A program made the translations under genes and the position numbers. A stretch of 64,000 bases of DNA from an uncultured virus (IMG/VR IMGVR_UViG_3300010885_010158) (Duplodnaviria; Heunggongvirae; Uroviricota; Caudoviricetes): IMG/VR virus record IMGVR_UViG_3300010885_010158. One strand, given 5' to 3'. This document shows positions 46,076 through 55,507 of this stretch, piece by piece (within the stretch, counting starts at the first letter, position 1; every line of letters starts with the position of its first letter). Below the pieces are notes generated by a model, which was not told the DNA's origin, ran no database searches, and saw only the letters and a list, made by a program, of their open reading frames with translations.

Positions 46076-47221
46076 ATGAAAACATTAAAAGAATTTTTAG
46101 AAGCACGAATGATAGCAACAGGAGATTTCAAAATCTCTGCATCTGGTCGCAAAGTACGTCGTCTAATTAAAGTTGGTGATGATGCTTATAATAAAGCCGA
46201 TGATCTTGATAAAGACGGTGATGTCGATAAAGACGATAGACGCTTAGCTAAAGAAGAAGTCGAACAGATCGAAGAAGCCACAGTGAAATCTGCTAATTAT
46301 TCTTGGGGTACAATGAAAACTGTACATCATGGTAAAGACTTCTCAATCCCTCTTCATCCAGAACACCACAAACCAATCGCAGCATTAAAGCATGGTGAAT
46401 CTCATTCATTTAAAGATGAGACTGGTAGTAAATGGAAAGCTACACGTGAAGATGATACAGTTCATTTCCATGGTGGTTCATATGGTACACAAAAAACTTC
46501 AGTGAAACATGACACTATGAAAGAGTCATATATCAATGAACAACATTTAGTACATGTTAATGATGGTAGTAAGTATAATGAAGAACCACATGACAAAGAT
46601 GTTGAACACGTAATGTCAGGTGCTAAAACACATAAAGGTGAATTTGATAGTCACACCGATAAAGGTGCAATTTTTAAATTCAAAGACCGTAGCGATGCTG
46701 ATAATTTCAAACGTCATGTTGATAAATGCCCAAAACGTACATGCTCAGCAGATCATTTAAACGAATCAACAGAACAAATTAATGAAGCATCTGATAAACA
46801 AGACTCACGTCTATTACAGCTTGCTCGCTTAGGTTTATTAGATAAAAATGATGTAGCAATATTTAGAAATGCTATGCAAACGTTCAAAGCTGATAAACAA
46901 TTATCGATTAAACAACGTAATATGTTATTGAGTGTTTATAACGATTTAGTGAATATGGTAACAGGCGATGATGCTATGTTTGCCCGCGCTAAGTTAGATA
47001 TACAAAAAGAAGAAGCACAATCTGAAGGTTACTATAAAGATATTGATACTAATGCAAAAGAAGATGAACGTTTAAGCGGTTCATGGAAAAAAGAAACTCC
47101 ATGGCGTAAAATAAAACCAGATTCTAATATAGTTACTGATAAGTCGGGAGCTAAACATACTCCTATGTCTAGAGCACGCCACTTAGCTAGAATGGCATTA
47201 AAGAAAACAGATACTAAGTAA
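46076..47221 (+). CDS. Modular putative internal protein
   Basis: MKTLKEFLEA; modules separated by IEE/INE/LNE; DLDKDGDVDKDD Ca-binding-like motif. Confidence 0.7.
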   Translation: MKTLKEFLEARMIATGDFKISASGRKVRRLIKVGDDAYNKADDLDKDGDVDKDDRRLAKEEVEQIEEATVKSANYSWGTMKTVHHGKDFSIPLHPEHHKPIAALKHGESHSFKDETGSKWKATREDDTVHFHGGSYGTQKTSVKHDTMKESYINEQHLVHVNDGSKYNEEPHDKDVEHVMSGAKTHKGEFDSHTDKGAIFKFKDRSDADNFKRHVDKCPKRTCSADHLNESTEQINEASDKQDSRLLQLARLGLLDKNDVAIFRNAMQTFKADKQLSIKQRNMLLSVYNDLVNMVTGDDAMFARAKLDIQKEEAQSEGYYKDIDTNAKEDERLSGSWKKETPWRKIKPDSNIVTDKSGAKHTPMSRARHLARMALKKTDTK

Positions 47222-47232
47222 GGGTTTTAGTA

Positions 47233-47571
47233 ATGTCAACAGTAGAAAATGTTAATATAGAAAGAATAACGAGATTGGAAACTCAAATGGCAGATTTAAA
47301 AGAAGATGTTGCAGCAGTTAAGTCTGATATCAAAGAGTTACACTCTAGAATTACCTCAGGCAATAGAGAGATCATGGATAAACTCGATCAAAAGATAGAT
47401 GAGTTAGCTAAATCTGATAAAGATCAACACGCCTCATTGAAAGAAACAATGCAAAATGTAAAAGAACGCGTTGATATATTAGAAAGATGGCGATGGATGA
47501 TTGTAGGAGCCGCAATAGTATGTGGATATTTATTGGGCAATACTAATTTAATAACAATATTAAGTAAATAA
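47233..47571 (+). CDS. Coiled-coil protein with C-terminal TM helix
   Basis: Heptad pattern then WRWMIVGAAIVCGYLLG. Confidence 0.75.
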   Translation: MSTVENVNIERITRLETQMADLKEDVAAVKSDIKELHSRITSGNREIMDKLDQKIDELAKSDKDQHASLKETMQNVKERVDILERWRWMIVGAAIVCGYLLGNTNLITILSK

Positions 47572-47593
47572 CAATTTATAAAGGAAAATAAAA

Positions 47594-48748
47594 ATGAATT
47601 GGGGAATTTTCAAAACAGATTCTGTATCTGAAGCATATAAAAAGATGAAAGCTGAAGAATCATCTTGCGATAAAGATATGAAAAAAGAAGAGCTTAAAGG
47701 TAATCAACATAAGCTTGATAAAAACAAGAATGGTAAAGTCGATGCACATGATTTTAAGTTGTTGCGTAAAGAAGAAACAGTTGAAGAAACATTTTCTAAA
47801 GATCAACTTGCCAGCATTCATTCAACGCATGATAAACTAAGTAAATCTGTTGGTCTTGATCCATCAAAAAAATACGGAACAATAGTTACTAAAAAGAAAT
47901 CATCTGCTGATAAAGTAATGGATCAAGCAATAAAAGATGAAATGAAAGAAGAAGCCGAAGAGTTGGCTGAAATGGAATTCGACAAGAACGGTGTTTATAG
48001 ACATCACGCAAAACCTGGTGTTTACGGCGGTTCTGAAAAAGAAAAACATGTAGTAGACACATTAGCTGGTCCTAAAAAGGCTGATCTAGAAAAGATTGCA
48101 GCTAAAAAGAAAATGAAGAAAGAAGACTTAGAACTCTTCAATGAGAGAGAACTAGATATGCTTATCAATGAAGTATTATCTAAAGATGCTCCAGCTGGTA
48201 AATGGATTGGTGATTTTATGCAATCAGATGCACCACAGTTTGCAGGTAAGTCAACAGAAAAACGTAAGCAGATGGCTTTAGCTGCTTATTACTCAGCACA
48301 AAAAAATGAATCAACAGAATACGATTCATTTTTAAGTGAAGAAGGCAACCCTAAACCGTTCATCGGTCAAGGTGCCAAAGAAATTAAACACGCAAACATG
48401 AAGGATAAACAAGATGATCAAGACGTTATGGAACCTCATTCAGAGGGCGAGCAAAGCTTTGTTGACGACCACTCCGTCCTCGTTACCGACGAGCCAAACA
48501 AAGACGGAACCCCCAATGGAGCCGACAAAACCAAACGAGCAGATGAACCAAAAGGAAAAGGTCCAGCAAGCTATGATGCCAAGGAAAAACTCGGCAAACA
48601 AGGTGCAGTCAAAGAAGCCGTCTTCAAGACAACCGCAGGTGAAGAAATCGACACCACTCCCCAAACCAAGAAAGACGGCGACGGTAAAAAGAAATTCAGT
48701 CAGTTAAAAAAGAAAGTAGTTGCAGCAGATAGCGCTAGCAATTACTAG
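47594..48748 (+). CDS. Charged modular putative internal protein
   Basis: Many VEE/LAE/INE/LSE/VKE sites; LDKNKNGKVDAHD motif. Confidence 0.7.
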   Translation: MNWGIFKTDSVSEAYKKMKAEESSCDKDMKKEELKGNQHKLDKNKNGKVDAHDFKLLRKEETVEETFSKDQLASIHSTHDKLSKSVGLDPSKKYGTIVTKKKSSADKVMDQAIKDEMKEEAEELAEMEFDKNGVYRHHAKPGVYGGSEKEKHVVDTLAGPKKADLEKIAAKKKMKKEDLELFNERELDMLINEVLSKDAPAGKWIGDFMQSDAPQFAGKSTEKRKQMALAAYYSAQKNESTEYDSFLSEEGNPKPFIGQGAKEIKHANMKDKQDDQDVMEPHSEGEQSFVDDHSVLVTDEPNKDGTPNGADKTKRADEPKGKGPASYDAKEKLGKQGAVKEAVFKTTAGEEIDTTPQTKKDGDGKKKFSQLKKKVVAADSASNY

Positions 48749-48803
48749 TAGTAAATAGTAAGGGAGAGATGTTCTCCCTACTAAAACTTTGTCATAGGAT
48801 ATT

Positions 48804-49172
48804 ATGAATAGCTTTGAAAAATTATCGAGCAAGAATTTTACATTATTTGCGGCAAAAAATTACAGCAACCCGCAGTGTATGACAACTGAAGAATTTCATG
48901 AAGATCTTCACAAGTTTAAATATATTAAAAGATTGTTTAACCGTTACGAAACAACGGGTGAATTGAGCGAACGTCTAATATTAAATCATTTGATAGTACT
49001 TTATAATGTATTTGGTATTAACTCAGCTAATCACATGATGTTCTATAAGATTGATAAAAAGAACTGGCCATTATTAAAGACATTTTTAGTCTATTTGAAT
49101 TATTTGCCAGAGGATCAATATGTTGAAGTGCCTCTCGATCAAAAGGTCGTAGATGTATTAAGGAAAATTTAA
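48804..49172 (+). CDS. Conserved hypothetical protein of T4-like phages
   Basis: EEFHEDL..FKYIKRL, ERLILNHLIVLYNVFG. Confidence 0.8.
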   Translation: MNSFEKLSSKNFTLFAAKNYSNPQCMTTEEFHEDLHKFKYIKRLFNRYETTGELSERLILNHLIVLYNVFGINSANHMMFYKIDKKNWPLLKTFLVYLNYLPEDQYVEVPLDQKVVDVLRKI

Positions 49173-49173
49173 G

Positions 49174-49767
49174 ATGGCATTAGTACAAAGAGCAGTAGAC
49201 GTGTACTACACGTTTAGATTTATGCGCCAATTAGTAACACCATGGAATGAAACAAAAGCATTTCAACTTGGACTAATTGATGCAGATGGTAATAAATTAA
49301 AGAGCGCTGAAACGCCTGAAGAAAAAGATGCATATACATTATTTTTCAGATTAGTTTATAATATAAAACGATTATTGAATAAAGTTCCATTTGGTAAGAC
49401 TAAGCTAGCTTCTTATGCTGCAGCTCTATGGCTTATTAAAGAGAATACAAATATGAGTTCTGAAGCTGTATTTTCAGGCTTCGCGCAATATGCAAAAGAT
49501 TTAGGTATTGAATTAGATAATACATTAAATGAATCTAAATCTTGGATGTTAAAAGATAATAATTTATTGCCTGGAAAATACAAGTTAGCAGAACATTGTT
49601 TGTCTCCTGCAACTGGTCAAACCGTTGCATTTAAAGGGTCTATGATCATAGTTAATGAGATGAACTCTATACCTCATGCAAAAATAGGTGATGTCAACTT
49701 ATATTCTGTGTATCATCCATCTAGTAAACAACATATATACGTAACCATAGAAGATATTTACAGGTAA
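49174..49767 (+). CDS. Conserved hypothetical protein
   Basis: YYTFRFMRQLVTPW, LASYAAALWLIKE. Confidence 0.8.
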   Translation: MALVQRAVDVYYTFRFMRQLVTPWNETKAFQLGLIDADGNKLKSAETPEEKDAYTLFFRLVYNIKRLLNKVPFGKTKLASYAAALWLIKENTNMSSEAVFSGFAQYAKDLGIELDNTLNESKSWMLKDNNLLPGKYKLAEHCLSPATGQTVAFKGSMIIVNEMNSIPHAKIGDVNLYSVYHPSSKQHIYVTIEDIYR

Positions 49768-49771
49768 ACAA

Positions 49772-52045
49772 ATGGCAATTGATGCATCAGTTCAACGTAA
49801 AGTAGCTAGCATGTCAGATGAGATGACTAAGCTTCGTCAACAGCACAAGGATGCAGTGTCTTCGCAATCTGATCAAGTGGCAAATAAACTTGATATGTTA
49901 AAGAATAAGAAGCAACAAATATTAGATGCTGAAAGAAAACGCTCTAACGCTACACATTCATCAACTGCCAATAAAGATTCTGCTACAGCTTCTCATTCAG
50001 AACAAGTTGATGTAACTGTTGCAATTGATGCAATGTTATCTGAAAAAGCAGCCGTCGGAGGTTTCAATTATGAAAAAGAAGTCAATGACAAGTTGAAAAA
50101 GATGGGCAAAGCACATAAAGATTCTACTACTGCTGGTTCTTCAGCTGATGCACCCGATGCCAAGTTTACACATGATGGTGAAGAACACCATTTAGAAGTC
50201 AAACAAAATAGTAAAGCTATGTTTGGTCAAATCGAACTTCACCATGATGGTAAGAAGTGGGATATCTCTGAACGTTCTAAGAAAAAATATCCAGCTACAC
50301 ACGCTGCAATAGCAGCCACAGGTTTCTTAAGTAAAATAAATAAACAATGGGATAAACCCACTGGCGATTATGATACAGACTTGCAAAAAGGAAATGTGTA
50401 TCACACTCATCATGATGCTGAACCAATTAAATCACATTACGGTACAGATCGAAAAACTAATTACATTCAAATTGGTGGTGGTCATGGATTTTACCACACC
50501 GGTAATGATGCAGCAGGTTTAGGTTCTCCTGAATTAGAAGGTAAAGCAACACTTCGTGCACGCATGAAATATCGTGGCACAGATCGAAAAACAGGCAAGA
50601 AAAAATACGGAGCATTAATAGTCATGGGCTTAAAAGACGCAGAAAAATCTCATCATAACTTAGATGAATCTCTCCAAAGGAAATGGATACTTGATGCATT
50701 GCAAGGTCATGAATTGTTTGAGTCTGCATTAAATCCTAAAGATCCGCATAAAGATTACGAAGTTAAACGGAAAGCATTACACGATCTATCATTGAATAAA
50801 GATGTAGATCAAAAAGCTGTACAACAAAGACGTTTAGATTTAGATAAAGAATATACTAAACATACAGTTAAAGAATCAGATGCATCTTGGGCAGCAGCTA
50901 AAGAAAAAGAAAAAGAAGATCGCTTAATTCCTAAAGATAAGAAAACACTTGATTCTATTCGTGCTATGCTTGCTAAAGAAAAGAAACCAGTTAAAGAATC
51001 TAGCGATATCAATGAATTGTCTACAGATTTATTAGCAGCTTATAAGACTAAAGCTGCTGCTTCTGCAAAAGAAGCTGATGCTTCTGGTAACTATGCCAAA
51101 GGTGACAAACGCTTTAAAGGTATCAACAAAGCTACGAATAAACAATTTGATAATGATCTAAAAAAACATGGTCAATACCAAAAAGAAGAAGTCGAATTAG
51201 AAGAAGCTCACAAGATTGGTGATAAAGTTATTATCCATAAAGGTCCTAAAGATGTTGTTGGTAAAACTGGCCATGTCGGAGAGATTCGCAAACGTTGGGC
51301 TGGTGATTCTAAAACATACACGATCGACCATGAAGGTGGTTCAATCCAATTAAAGTCTACACATTTCAAAGCACTTAAAGAAGATATGCTTCAACTTCGC
51401 AAGATGTTAGATAAGCATACAGAAAAAGCTTTAGCTGCAAATAAACAAGGCGATGATGAGAAAGTTAAACATCATCAAAGAATGATGAATAAGGTAAAAG
51501 ATCAGATGTCTAAGTTAGTCAAAGAAGATTTAAACGAAGAAGCAATCCCGTTTGTCGATGCCTTCTGGTCAGGGCAACAAGAAGAACCTAAACAAAATCC
51601 TTATGCAGAAGATACAGTTGAATATGCTGAATTCGAAAATGGTTATATGCAAGGTGTAATGACTCGTAGACGTATACAAACTGAATCACGCGGCCATAAA
51701 ACACTAGAAAGATTTTTTAAGAATAGAAACGCATGGTCAGCAACTGGTAAAGAAGGAACTCATCGTGAAACTGGTGAGAAGACTAAAGAATATCAAGAAG
51801 TAGATCACGAAGGTAAACCAACTGGTAATCGTCATTGGAGAAATGCTAAAGGCCAAAACATGGGCGAATCGGTTGTACAAGAAGAAGGCGAAGGCGCTGT
51901 ACCTGCTAATAACGCAGGTGATGGCAAAATAGCTGGATTTGCAGGCGATGCTGGTAAAAAAGTTAAGATGATGAGTCAACCATTAAAACGTAAACCATTA
52001 CCTAAATTTAAAATGTACGTTTCTCAAGAACACGACTACGAATAA
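49772..52045 (+). CDS. Large modular putative internal polyprotein containing a PD-(D/E)xK nuclease domain
   Basis: GFNYE...APDAKF...LEVK; repeated (L/V/I)xE sites. Confidence 0.65.
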   Translation: MAIDASVQRKVASMSDEMTKLRQQHKDAVSSQSDQVANKLDMLKNKKQQILDAERKRSNATHSSTANKDSATASHSEQVDVTVAIDAMLSEKAAVGGFNYEKEVNDKLKKMGKAHKDSTTAGSSADAPDAKFTHDGEEHHLEVKQNSKAMFGQIELHHDGKKWDISERSKKKYPATHAAIAATGFLSKINKQWDKPTGDYDTDLQKGNVYHTHHDAEPIKSHYGTDRKTNYIQIGGGHGFYHTGNDAAGLGSPELEGKATLRARMKYRGTDRKTGKKKYGALIVMGLKDAEKSHHNLDESLQRKWILDALQGHELFESALNPKDPHKDYEVKRKALHDLSLNKDVDQKAVQQRRLDLDKEYTKHTVKESDASWAAAKEKEKEDRLIPKDKKTLDSIRAMLAKEKKPVKESSDINELSTDLLAAYKTKAAASAKEADASGNYAKGDKRFKGINKATNKQFDNDLKKHGQYQKEEVELEEAHKIGDKVIIHKGPKDVVGKTGHVGEIRKRWAGDSKTYTIDHEGGSIQLKSTHFKALKEDMLQLRKMLDKHTEKALAANKQGDDEKVKHHQRMMNKVKDQMSKLVKEDLNEEAIPFVDAFWSGQQEEPKQNPYAEDTVEYAEFENGYMQGVMTRRRIQTESRGHKTLERFFKNRNAWSATGKEGTHRETGEKTKEYQEVDHEGKPTGNRHWRNAKGQNMGESVVQEEGEGAVPANNAGDGKIAGFAGDAGKKVKMMSQPLKRKPLPKFKMYVSQEHDYE

Positions 52046-52051
52046 ACATAT

Positions 52052-54154
52052 ATGTCAATATTACCAAAAACAATAAAAAAGATTAGATTTTCTTCTGGAG
52101 AAACGATCAATAGAAGTACATTTCTTGAAGACTTAACAGTCAAATCTAATAAAGATGTAAAGATTATAGTAGAACAAGATAGTACTTCTACAGAATTTGC
52201 ATTTAAAGATGTGGCCGGGTTGGGCGAATTAACAATTCCAGCTGATGGTAAAATAAATTTTGGGGTTGGTCCTGAAATTTCAAACACCAGTGATGCATTA
52301 AATATTAATGCTGCTGATATAAACATCGAAGCTACTGATGAAATTGTTGTTTCAGCTGGAGCAAAAAGCTGGAATTTTGCTAACACTGGATTACTGCAAT
52401 TACCAATTGATGGAGATATTGTAGACGAGAATGGCGATAGCGTATTAAATACCGGTACTGCTGCTGGTGCACCGCGTTTAACTATTCATGGATATTTAGA
52501 TGGTGTAACAGTACCTGGCACGGCTAAGAACTTTATAACGTTTACGACTGGTAAAGAACCTATCAGTGCATTATACTTAACCAAGTTTATCAGTGTTGAT
52601 AATAGAGGATGGTTTGCTATACAAGTGGGTTCAACTTGGACAGCTTCACAAACTGCTATCACAGCCGATCACGTTGCCTATGGACACTTTGGTCCTAATG
52701 CTACTCTCGTAAATACTCTTGGTGCTAATTTACTTGCAACAACTGGTTATACACTGTTGCCTGAAACATCATATACGATGTGGATACAACAGATTAATGC
52801 TATAACCGAATATGCATTTTCTACTTCTCCGTTAGATCAAGGTGGCAATGAATACACAGTATATTCTAATGTTACGAGTACACCAAACGTTATACCTTTT
52901 TATACATCTATAGGATCTGGTCCCGTAGCTTTAAGTGAAGAAGCTAGATTATCTAATACCATATTAGAAGGTACAACAACTCATAATCAATTAGTAGAAG
53001 CTATAAAGACAAAAACTAATGCTGGTTTAACTGTTGTACACGACTTTAAAACATCTTCTACATGGTATCACAGTTCAATATCCCAAGATTTTACGCCAAA
53101 CTTTACTAACATACCGACAAATAATGATAGAGTTATTCCATTAAAGTTAATTGTAGCTAACGGTGCTACTCCATATAAACCACTTAGTCCAATAAAAATT
53201 GCTGGCACTGATGTTGCAGTTACTTGGGAAGGCGGAGTTTATCCAACAGGTACTGCTAACTTAACAACTGTATGGACATACAATTTAGTTCGTAATGCTG
53301 GAACATGGAAAGTATTTGGTAAAGCAGAACTATATACAGCATCAACAGATGTTGGTTCACGCGCATATACACATAGTCCTACATTTACTGGTACACCATT
53401 AGCACCAACTGCAACAGCAGCAACAGCCACTACACAAATAGCAACTACTGCTTTTGTTGGTACTGAAATTACTAATGCAAAAGCAAGTCCTACATTTACT
53501 GGTGTACCTCTCGCTCCGACGGCCGTTGCAGGAACAAATACTACACAGATAGCAACTACTGAATTCGTAAAAACTGCAGTAGATAATGTAATAGCTGATG
53601 CACCAGGTGCATTAAACACTTTAGATGAATTAGCTGCTGCATTAGGTGACGATCAAAATTATGCAGCTACTATAACTACTGCTCTAGGAAATAAAGCTCC
53701 AACAGCAAGTCCAACATTTAGTGGCATAGTAACTGCATCTGATGGAACAGAAGCTTCAGCATATAATACAGCTGCTGTAGTTTTATCTGGTGGATTGGGA
53801 GTTACAAAAAATATTCGCTCTAATGGTTTAATATATGATTCTAAAGGTGAACTTAGAAATCTACCACAAAATTCTAAAACTGCTGCTTACACATTAGTTT
53901 TAGCTGATGCTGGTAAACATATATCAATTACGACTGGTGGTGTTATAGTTCCAGCTGGTGTATTTGCAATCGGCGATTCAATTACAATATTTAATAATTC
54001 ATCATCAACTCAAACAATTACAACTACAGCGGTAACATGTTATGTTGCAGGTACATCATTAACTGGTAATAGATCACTAGCACAACGAGGTTTATGTACA
54101 TTGTTGTGTGTTGCTTCTAATATATTTGTTATAACAGGTGCAGGTTTAACTTAA
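52052..54154 (+). CDS. Tail fibre protein
   Basis: SPTFTGTPLAPTA repeats and APGALNTLDELAAALGDD motif; Thr/Gly-rich. Confidence 0.85.
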   Translation: MSILPKTIKKIRFSSGETINRSTFLEDLTVKSNKDVKIIVEQDSTSTEFAFKDVAGLGELTIPADGKINFGVGPEISNTSDALNINAADINIEATDEIVVSAGAKSWNFANTGLLQLPIDGDIVDENGDSVLNTGTAAGAPRLTIHGYLDGVTVPGTAKNFITFTTGKEPISALYLTKFISVDNRGWFAIQVGSTWTASQTAITADHVAYGHFGPNATLVNTLGANLLATTGYTLLPETSYTMWIQQINAITEYAFSTSPLDQGGNEYTVYSNVTSTPNVIPFYTSIGSGPVALSEEARLSNTILEGTTTHNQLVEAIKTKTNAGLTVVHDFKTSSTWYHSSISQDFTPNFTNIPTNNDRVIPLKLIVANGATPYKPLSPIKIAGTDVAVTWEGGVYPTGTANLTTVWTYNLVRNAGTWKVFGKAELYTASTDVGSRAYTHSPTFTGTPLAPTATAATATTQIATTAFVGTEITNAKASPTFTGVPLAPTAVAGTNTTQIATTEFVKTAVDNVIADAPGALNTLDELAAALGDDQNYAATITTALGNKAPTASPTFSGIVTASDGTEASAYNTAAVVLSGGLGVTKNIRSNGLIYDSKGELRNLPQNSKTAAYTLVLADAGKHISITTGGVIVPAGVFAIGDSITIFNNSSSTQTITTTAVTCYVAGTSLTGNRSLAQRGLCTLLCVASNIFVITGAGLT

Positions 54155-54813
54155 TGTCGATTTATAATACCTTTACTGGGCATGGATCATTTAATGGATT
54201 ATGGTATCAAGAAAATGTAACTGAAGCCGGAGGTATCCAAACCATTGGATCTAACATCGTTCCATTTAATCGTGGATATTGGACAGGTAATTCTAATTAT
54301 GTTTCAGTTGCTGATTCTGCATATTGGACAGGAGGCGCAGGTTCTATAACCGGAATGGGTAGTGTGTCTACTTTAGCTCCTAATGGAATCAGATTACACG
54401 GATGGAATGGTGCTGCTGATAGCTATACGTTAACTTTGCCAGATTTGCCAGCTCATACACAAGTAAGATATGTTGTTATATGGCATTGTGTAGATTCACT
54501 AGATACTGAAACTAGTAATTTATTCATTACAGATAATAGTGGAGAAGTAGAATTTTTAAGATTTACTAAAGCGCTAGGTACAGGCGGCATATCAACACAA
54601 GTTGTCAGATCTGGATTAACAACTCCTTGGACAACGGCTACTTATTCAACTGCCCCATGGCCTGGTGGTTCAATAGATGGTTATATCACAGTAGATACTG
54701 GATATTTTGATCATACATTACCAACGTTTACTGCTAGACATTATTTGGGTGCAGATCAACCACAAGTAGATGAAGCTATGTACTTATCTCATAGCGCGGT
54801 ATATTTAAGATAA
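54154..54813 (+). CDS. Putative fibre-associated/receptor-binding protein
   Basis: TAATG-coupled to fibre; Gly/Thr/Trp-rich beta composition. Confidence 0.6.
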   Translation: MSIYNTFTGHGSFNGLWYQENVTEAGGIQTIGSNIVPFNRGYWTGNSNYVSVADSAYWTGGAGSITGMGSVSTLAPNGIRLHGWNGAADSYTLTLPDLPAHTQVRYVVIWHCVDSLDTETSNLFITDNSGEVEFLRFTKALGTGGISTQVVRSGLTTPWTTATYSTAPWPGGSIDGYITVDTGYFDHTLPTFTARHYLGADQPQVDEAMYLSHSAVYLR

Positions 54814-54838
54814 CATTTTTACATGAGGCATTAATAAT

Positions 54839-55414
54839 ATGTGGTTACTATCATTTGTACCCGATTGGATTTTTTATGGACTGGCACTTGCCAGTTTTGT
54901 TGCTTTGATTTTAGCAACATTTTTAAAAGTTATACCGTTCATAGGTAAGTATGCAATACCTATTCAATTATTATCATTTGTGGTATTATTAGTTAGTGTA
55001 TTCTTGTGCGGAGGTCTTGCAAACGAGGCTTCATGGCAACTCAAAGTTGCTAAGACTAATGCAGAAATCGCAGAATTAAAAGTTAAGTCGGAAAAAGTCT
55101 CGACGAAAGTCGTAACCAAATATATAGATAGAATACAAGTTGTTAAAGAAAAAGGAAACGAAATTGTCAAATACATTAATAAAGAGTCTGATACTAAGTG
55201 TGAGTTGCCTAATTCTTTCGTCATGCTCCACGATGCTGCCGCAAAAAACGAGCTTCCCGACCCCACCCGAGCTTCTGATGCGGGAGCCAGCGAAGTTAAA
55301 CTCTCTGGAGCCACAACAACAATCGTCCAAAACTACGGAACCTGCTGGGAAATAAGAGAGCAATTAAAATCTCTACAAGAGTGGGTTATAGAACAGAAAA
55401 AACTTAACCCGTAG
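54839..55414 (+). CDS. Inner-membrane spanin (Rz-like)
   Basis: N-terminal TMs, periplasmic coiled coil with Cys; embedded lipoprotein ORF. Confidence 0.8.
   Translation: MWLLSFVPDWIFYGLALASFVALILATFLKVIPFIGKYAIPIQLLSFVVLLVSVFLCGGLANEASWQLKVAKTNAEIAELKVKSEKVSTKVVTKYIDRIQVVKEKGNEIVKYINKESDTKCELPNSFVMLHDAAAKNELPDPTRASDAGASEVKLSGATTTIVQNYGTCWEIREQLKSLQEWVIEQKKLNP
55164..55355 (+). CDS. Outer-membrane spanin lipoprotein (Rz1-like), embedded in +1 frame
   Basis: AAGGA SD with TTG 55164; signal peptide with lipobox LSSC; Pro-rich FPTPPELL. Confidence 0.8.
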   Translation: MSNTLIKSLILSVSCLILSSCSTMLPQKTSFPTPPELLMREPAKLNSLEPQQQSSKTTEPAGK

Positions 55415-55450
55415 TACTCTCCCCCGTAATAAAATAAATTGAATTGGCTA

Positions 55451-55479
55451 TGTACAAAACATAGCTAATATGGTATAAT
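55451..55479 (+). promoter_or_regulatory. Phage promoter for nrdA
   Basis: TGTACA-N17-TATAAT. Confidence 0.85.
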
Positions 55480-55507
55480 ATACTCTTCTATTGACTGATA
55501 TGGAGCT

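Noticed and set aside
53370..53725. Repeats in the tail fibre as a diversity-generating element
   Set aside because: They are ordinary SPTFTG protein repeats; no reverse transcriptase or template repeat in the window
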